From the IMG/VR virus record IMGVR_UViG_3300010429_000248: 32,950 nt of DNA; one strand, 5' to 3'. This DNA comes from a virus. This document shows, in pieces, positions 29,177 through 32,950 of this stretch. The first letter of the stretch is position 1, and each line of letters begins with the position of its first letter. The notes under the pieces were generated by a model. The model did not search any database. It was not told the DNA's origin and saw only the letters and a program-made list of their open reading frames with translations. The translations under genes were made by a program, and so were the position numbers.

Positions 29177-29743
29177 CTATTGAGGATTTTCAGGTCCCCA
29201 GTTGATTCCGCCGCCCCTCCAAATATTCGCGTCACTCCCGACAAGTCTTTCGAGCTTCTGTGCTCGTGTTTCCTCTTTCGAGGCTTGCTCACCTGGATTC
29301 GTAGCGCCCGTATTCGGTGCGGCTTTTTGTTTCGGTTGCGTTTCGAGGATAAACTTCGCGTCCGCTTCCAGTTCTTCCGGCGTCTCGCCTTTCAATCTGT
29401 CAGCCAAGCGCGGGTCTAATCCCACTTTTGCCGCAATGTCATGTTGCAACCTATTAATTTCAAGTTGCCTGACTTTCAATTCAAGTTCCTGCGCGTGTTT
29501 GTTGGCTCGCTCAATTTCGGTCATCTCGGCTTCCTTGCGCTTAGCCTCTTCCTGCTCAAACTTCGCCAGTTTCTTGAAGTGACGATCTGCCTCATCCGCC
29601 TTATTCTTTGCGCGGCGTTCGGCTTCGTCCAATCGCGCTTTCAACTCCTCAACCGTCTCGGTCTTGTCGATTACTTGCGTGTCAACCTGTTGTTCGCCTG
29701 TCTCAGGCGCTTTCAATTCGTCCACCATCTCGGTTTCCTCCAT
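29177..29743 (-). CDS. Capsid scaffolding protein
   Basis: 188 aa after trimming to the ATG at 29743. It is highly charged with coiled-coil character (EELKARLDEAERRAKNKADEADRHFKKLAKFEQEEAKRKEAEM) and lies between the head accessory and capsid genes. Confidence 0.7.
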   Translation of the reverse strand: MEETEMVDELKAPETGEQQVDTQVIDKTETVEELKARLDEAERRAKNKADEADRHFKKLAKFEQEEAKRKEAEMTEIERANKHAQELELKVRQLEINRLQHDIAAKVGLDPRLADRLKGETPEELEADAKFILETQPKQKAAPNTGATNPGEQASKEETRAQKLERLVGSDANIWRGGGINWGPENPQ

Positions 29744-29745
29744 GA

Positions 29746-30735
29746 TTATTTCGTTTTGTACGGCGGCTCTCCGCCAAGTAAATCCCAAAGCGGCTTGGTC
29801 TGAAGCATCTCGCCGTAGACATCATCATGCCGCCGTCCTAACATATCCTTAAGCTCAAATCCACCGGCTTTCCAAACGTCAAAAGTTTGTTTCCCCATCA
29901 TCTTTTCTTGCTCTGATTCAGATAGTCCCTTGAACCAGTCCTCCCCTTTTTGATTGTCGTATTCGTACCCCTTCACAACCGGCGTGCTCACGCACCTGCA
30001 GTTGTAGTGGCTGTCCATTGGCTCGTCTATTTCGTGGATTGTGCCATTCTCAATCGCACAAGCCATGCAAACATCGCCATCCATTGACGCGTTCCACATC
30101 CAACCGATCACCACGTCCGCGTTCGCCGCGTAACTTGCCCGCGCCGCTTCTCGGTTGGCGTAAAGCTGAGAGGTGCGTGACATTCTCATCGCGTCCGTCA
30201 GTCCGCCACCCATAACTGATTCGAACATCTTCGCAGTCTTAGCAGGGTTGTATCCAAGCGCAATACCCTCAAGCAACGAGTCCGCTACCTTCTGCGCGTG
30301 CGTGCCAGCCAGCTCACCAATCCGTTTCCAGAGCGGCGAATCTTCCTGCAGAAAACCGAGCATCGAATATATCGCGTTCGTTGGCAAGGACTTCGGCAAT
30401 GCGTAACCAGCCGCTTTCAAGTAAGCCGCCGTCTGCTTGACCGCTAAGTCAATGGAGGCCTGCGCGTTAGCCTTGATTTCCATCTCAACGAAGCCGGAGT
30501 ATTTCGTAAGCTCCGATTCGATAGACCTGATAAGGTTCTGATACTGCGCAAGCCTGAATACCTGCCCCTTTGTCGGCTCTTCCATGTTCGAAATAACCAG
30601 CAATAGCGCGTCCAGTTTGTCCTTCATCCGTGCGTAAAGTTGCGAGTAGGTTCGCGCCAATCGCCCCAACGCCAAAGCGTCCTGTCGGTTGACGGCGTTT
30701 CTAAACTGCGTGGCGAGTTCGGTCGGTGTTGGCAA
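29746..30735 (-). CDS. Minor head protein, SPP1 gp7 / Mu F-like
   Basis: The WMWNASMDGDVCMACAIENGTIHEIDEPMDSHYNCRCV motif, typical of the Phage_Mu_F family. It lies directly after the portal gene. Confidence 0.75.
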   Translation of the reverse strand: MPTPTELATQFRNAVNRQDALALGRLARTYSQLYARMKDKLDALLLVISNMEEPTKGQVFRLAQYQNLIRSIESELTKYSGFVEMEIKANAQASIDLAVKQTAAYLKAAGYALPKSLPTNAIYSMLGFLQEDSPLWKRIGELAGTHAQKVADSLLEGIALGYNPAKTAKMFESVMGGGLTDAMRMSRTSQLYANREAARASYAANADVVIGWMWNASMDGDVCMACAIENGTIHEIDEPMDSHYNCRCVSTPVVKGYEYDNQKGEDWFKGLSESEQEKMMGKQTFDVWKAGGFELKDMLGRRHDDVYGEMLQTKPLWDLLGGEPPYKTK

Positions 30736-30738
30736 GTG

Positions 30739-32082
30739 TTATCCTCCTTGACTAAAAGTCCTGAGAAGTGCACTTCCAAGATTATCACCAGCCGCCGATT
30801 CGTCAGCAATGCGCTGTTCCTCGTCTTCCCAAACGTAGCCCCTTATGCCAGCCGCCGTCTGTTTGCTCACCAAGCCAAGCTCCAAATCGGTCCGGATAGC
30901 GAGTGCGACCTCGCTGTCGTTGGTAGGCATAATATCAGGCCATTCGACCTCGCCGCCGTCCGAATCAGGCGCGCCGGCAAGCTCCAAAAGCCGGTGATTG
31001 ATTTCCACAATCCCCTCACCGTAAAGCCCCCGCTTCTCTTCGAGCTTGCTCAGCGCATCCTGGTACAACACGCGTAAACCGAAGTTCGTCAATGAACCGA
31101 GTTTATCCGCCAGCGAGTCAATGTCCACCGACCGCGCAACGTCAAACATAGCCTGGCGCAGGTAGCGGATGAAGCTCAAAGACGAGCCCAAATCCGACTG
31201 CATCTCAAGGTTCTGGATCATGCCGTTAGAGTCGGATAGCATAACCATCTCATCCACGCCCCACTCCACCTTCGCCTGACTCAACGCGCCCCGTCCCCAT
31301 GTCTTCGGATGTGCGTGATATTTGATAATCTTCGCCGTGTTGGACGAAACAAAATTGATCTTGTCCTGCAAGTCAATCAGGTCGGCGGTAATGTCGGGTC
31401 GTCCGTAAGGACTGCCGACTTCTGGTAAGTTCTGCCAGTGCACAATTGGCGCGAAGTCGTACTCCCACACCTGCACGTTGGTTTGCTCCCAGCGTGCCCC
31501 GTTGATTGATTCGTAATCGGTGATAATCCAGTTACCCGTATCAGGATCGTGCTCCGTAACCTGCCGAATCGCCTTGTCCTTGCCGGTTGTCTGGTCAACA
31601 ATCGCATACGCGATGGTGTAGCGAATGACCGTCTCAATATCCTCTGCCAGCGCGTCCATTGTCACGGTTGCAGGATCCAACGCAATCAAGCGCGGAACTA
31701 ACCTGCCGTCCCTCGTGAGCGCCCCGTCTGGCAGTATCTTCATGTAGCACGTGCCAGCTTCAGCCCCGTAGACTGCCGTTTGTTTTAAGAGGTTCTGCTT
31801 GCGGTTAGCGCGCCACACCTCGTCAATGTACTGCTGCGCCGGCGCGTCTGATTCGCCAGGCAGGTCAAACGCCGGCTCTTTGCCGAACAGGTTGGCCACG
31901 CTCCGGTCCACCTGCAAGCCGATAAAATTAACGATAATGGCATCATCCGCCGACTTAATCGGTTGCTTGTGAATGCCCTTGCGATAATCGCGCCGAGTCG
32001 TTAGCTCGTTCTGTTTTGTCACCCACTCGTGGCCAAGCAGCGGTTCAAGTAACCAGTTCCGAAAGTTAGTTAATAATCCCAT
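30739..32082 (-). CDS. Portal protein
   Basis: 447 aa, lying between terL and the Mu-F-like gene. The size and order are canonical. Confidence 0.75.
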   Translation of the reverse strand: MGLLTNFRNWLLEPLLGHEWVTKQNELTTRRDYRKGIHKQPIKSADDAIIVNFIGLQVDRSVANLFGKEPAFDLPGESDAPAQQYIDEVWRANRKQNLLKQTAVYGAEAGTCYMKILPDGALTRDGRLVPRLIALDPATVTMDALAEDIETVIRYTIAYAIVDQTTGKDKAIRQVTEHDPDTGNWIITDYESINGARWEQTNVQVWEYDFAPIVHWQNLPEVGSPYGRPDITADLIDLQDKINFVSSNTAKIIKYHAHPKTWGRGALSQAKVEWGVDEMVMLSDSNGMIQNLEMQSDLGSSLSFIRYLRQAMFDVARSVDIDSLADKLGSLTNFGLRVLYQDALSKLEEKRGLYGEGIVEINHRLLELAGAPDSDGGEVEWPDIMPTNDSEVALAIRTDLELGLVSKQTAAGIRGYVWEDEEQRIADESAAGDNLGSALLRTFSQGG

Positions 32083-32093
32083 ATAGCCTCACT

Positions 32094-32950
32094 CTAATAT
32101 TCATAGAACGGATTCTTGACCACACGTACACGCTGTTCCATGCCACTCCACGCAATCGCCAGGCTCATCACGCAGTCGTCGTGCATCCCTGACGGCGCGC
32201 TGTAGCTGAAGCTGCCCGACGCGTTCCTGGTCGCCTCGAAACTCAATAACTCACCGACCAGCACCGCGTCGTTCAGGACTCGAATCTGCCCATTTTCGAA
32301 GGCTGATTGCAAGCTCTGAATAATTGACTGCTTCGTCGCCGAAGTCGTCGTAAATGGCACGATATTCAAACCACGCTTGACTAAATTATCAATAACTGGT
32401 CTACCAATGCTGTTCGATTCCACAAGCATGGATGACATGTGATAACGCTGGTACACGCTTACCAATCTGTCTTCCAAGACCGGGTAATCCACGCGGTTGA
32501 AGCGATCCTGCCAGACTTGCTCACGCGCTTCCACATCGAACACGCACACCACCGTAAAATCAACGGATGAAGCCACGTCCACGCCGGCAATGTACTGACG
32601 GTTAGGCTGCGGCTCTTGCGGTGATAATATTGCAGCCTCCTGAACGCGCCGGAAGACGCCGCCGTCAGAATCTATAAATTCTGCCAACACTTCCTGACGG
32701 TAAATCAATTCCGGCATAGTGTCACGCATGGCCTCAACTTCGCTTTTTGCAATGGTCGGGTTGGCGCTTGTCGGAAATTGCCACGACTTCCATTCGGTAT
32801 TCAATTCGTCTTGCCCCAACTGGAACAATTGATGAAAGCCGTTTCTGCCTTTTGGCGTTGATTTGAAATAGGCATCGCCTTTCAGGTCAACCAATGTCGG
32901 TCTCAAAATAGCGTTCCAAGTATTCATCAAATCGCTTACCATTGCCGCCT
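32094..32950 (-). CDS. terL: Terminase large subunit, C-terminal nuclease part (frame stays open to the window end)
   Basis: The ORF track gives 282 aa. The frame stays open upstream of the listed Met to base 32950 and joins the 1..494 segment. It lies directly upstream of the portal gene. Acidic motifs (IAGVDVASSVDFTV, MHDDCVMSLAIAW) resemble RNaseH-like terminase nuclease domains. Confidence 0.85.
   Translation of the reverse strand, partial: AAMVSDLMNTWNAILRPTLVDLKGDAYFKSTPKGRNGFHQLFQLGQDELNTEWKSWQFPTSANPTIAKSEVEAMRDTMPELIYRQEVLAEFIDSDGGVFRRVQEAAILSPQEPQPNRQYIAGVDVASSVDFTVVCVFDVEAREQVWQDRFNRVDYPVLEDRLVSVYQRYHMSSMLVESNSIGRPVIDNLVKRGLNIVPFTTTSATKQSIIQSLQSAFENGQIRVLNDAVLVGELLSFEATRNASGSFSYSAPSGMHDDCVMSLAIAWSGMEQRVRVVKNPFYEY
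32824..32950. repeat. Second copy of the terminal direct repeat (same as 1..127)
   Basis: Exact 127-nt identity with the window start, read by eye. Confidence 0.95.

Overview
The window is a complete, circularly closed temperate siphovirus-like phage genome. Bases 1-127 are identical to 32824-32950, so the unique length is 32,823 bp, and terL reads straight through the junction. Only a cI-like repressor and a tyrosine integrase (8421-9995) are on the + strand. Everything else is one tightly packed minus-strand array with many ATGA/GTGA stop-start overlaps. In transcription order the array starts with an RHH Cro-like gene, an ERF annealase, a DnaD-like replisome organiser with internal iterons, SSB, a Vsr-like nuclease and a sigma-region-4-like regulator. 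It continues with an LL-H-type holin, HNH, terS and terL (across the junction), portal, a Mu-F-like head protein, scaffold and capsid. Next is a four-gene radical-SAM/GT2/methyltransferase/GT4 cassette, followed by connectors, tail tube, G/GT chaperones with an A_AAA_AAC -1 frameshift and the tape measure. It ends with an evolved Dit carrying a 7-blade propeller, a Tal-like protein, a trimodular lysin, fibers and a terminal accessory trio (metallophosphoesterase, wHTH, FmdB zinc ribbon). I trimmed several ORF-track starts to internal ATG/GTG codons that overlap the upstream stop and have Shine-Dalgarno motifs. The items most worth follow-up are listed below.
- A 66-nt tmRNA-TLD-like or Ala-minihelix-like RNA (G3:U70 acceptor helix plus T arm, no anticodon arm) at the 3' end of the late operon.
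- The radical-SAM/glycosyltransferase/methyltransferase cassette wedged behind the capsid gene.
- A 330-bp insert whose codon-normal frame encodes a Cys-rich peptide but carries two in-frame TAGs.
- A tRNA-Arg 5'-half next to int, together with an attP-like repeat architecture downstream of int.
All functional calls rest on motifs read by eye and on gene order. No database search was possible.
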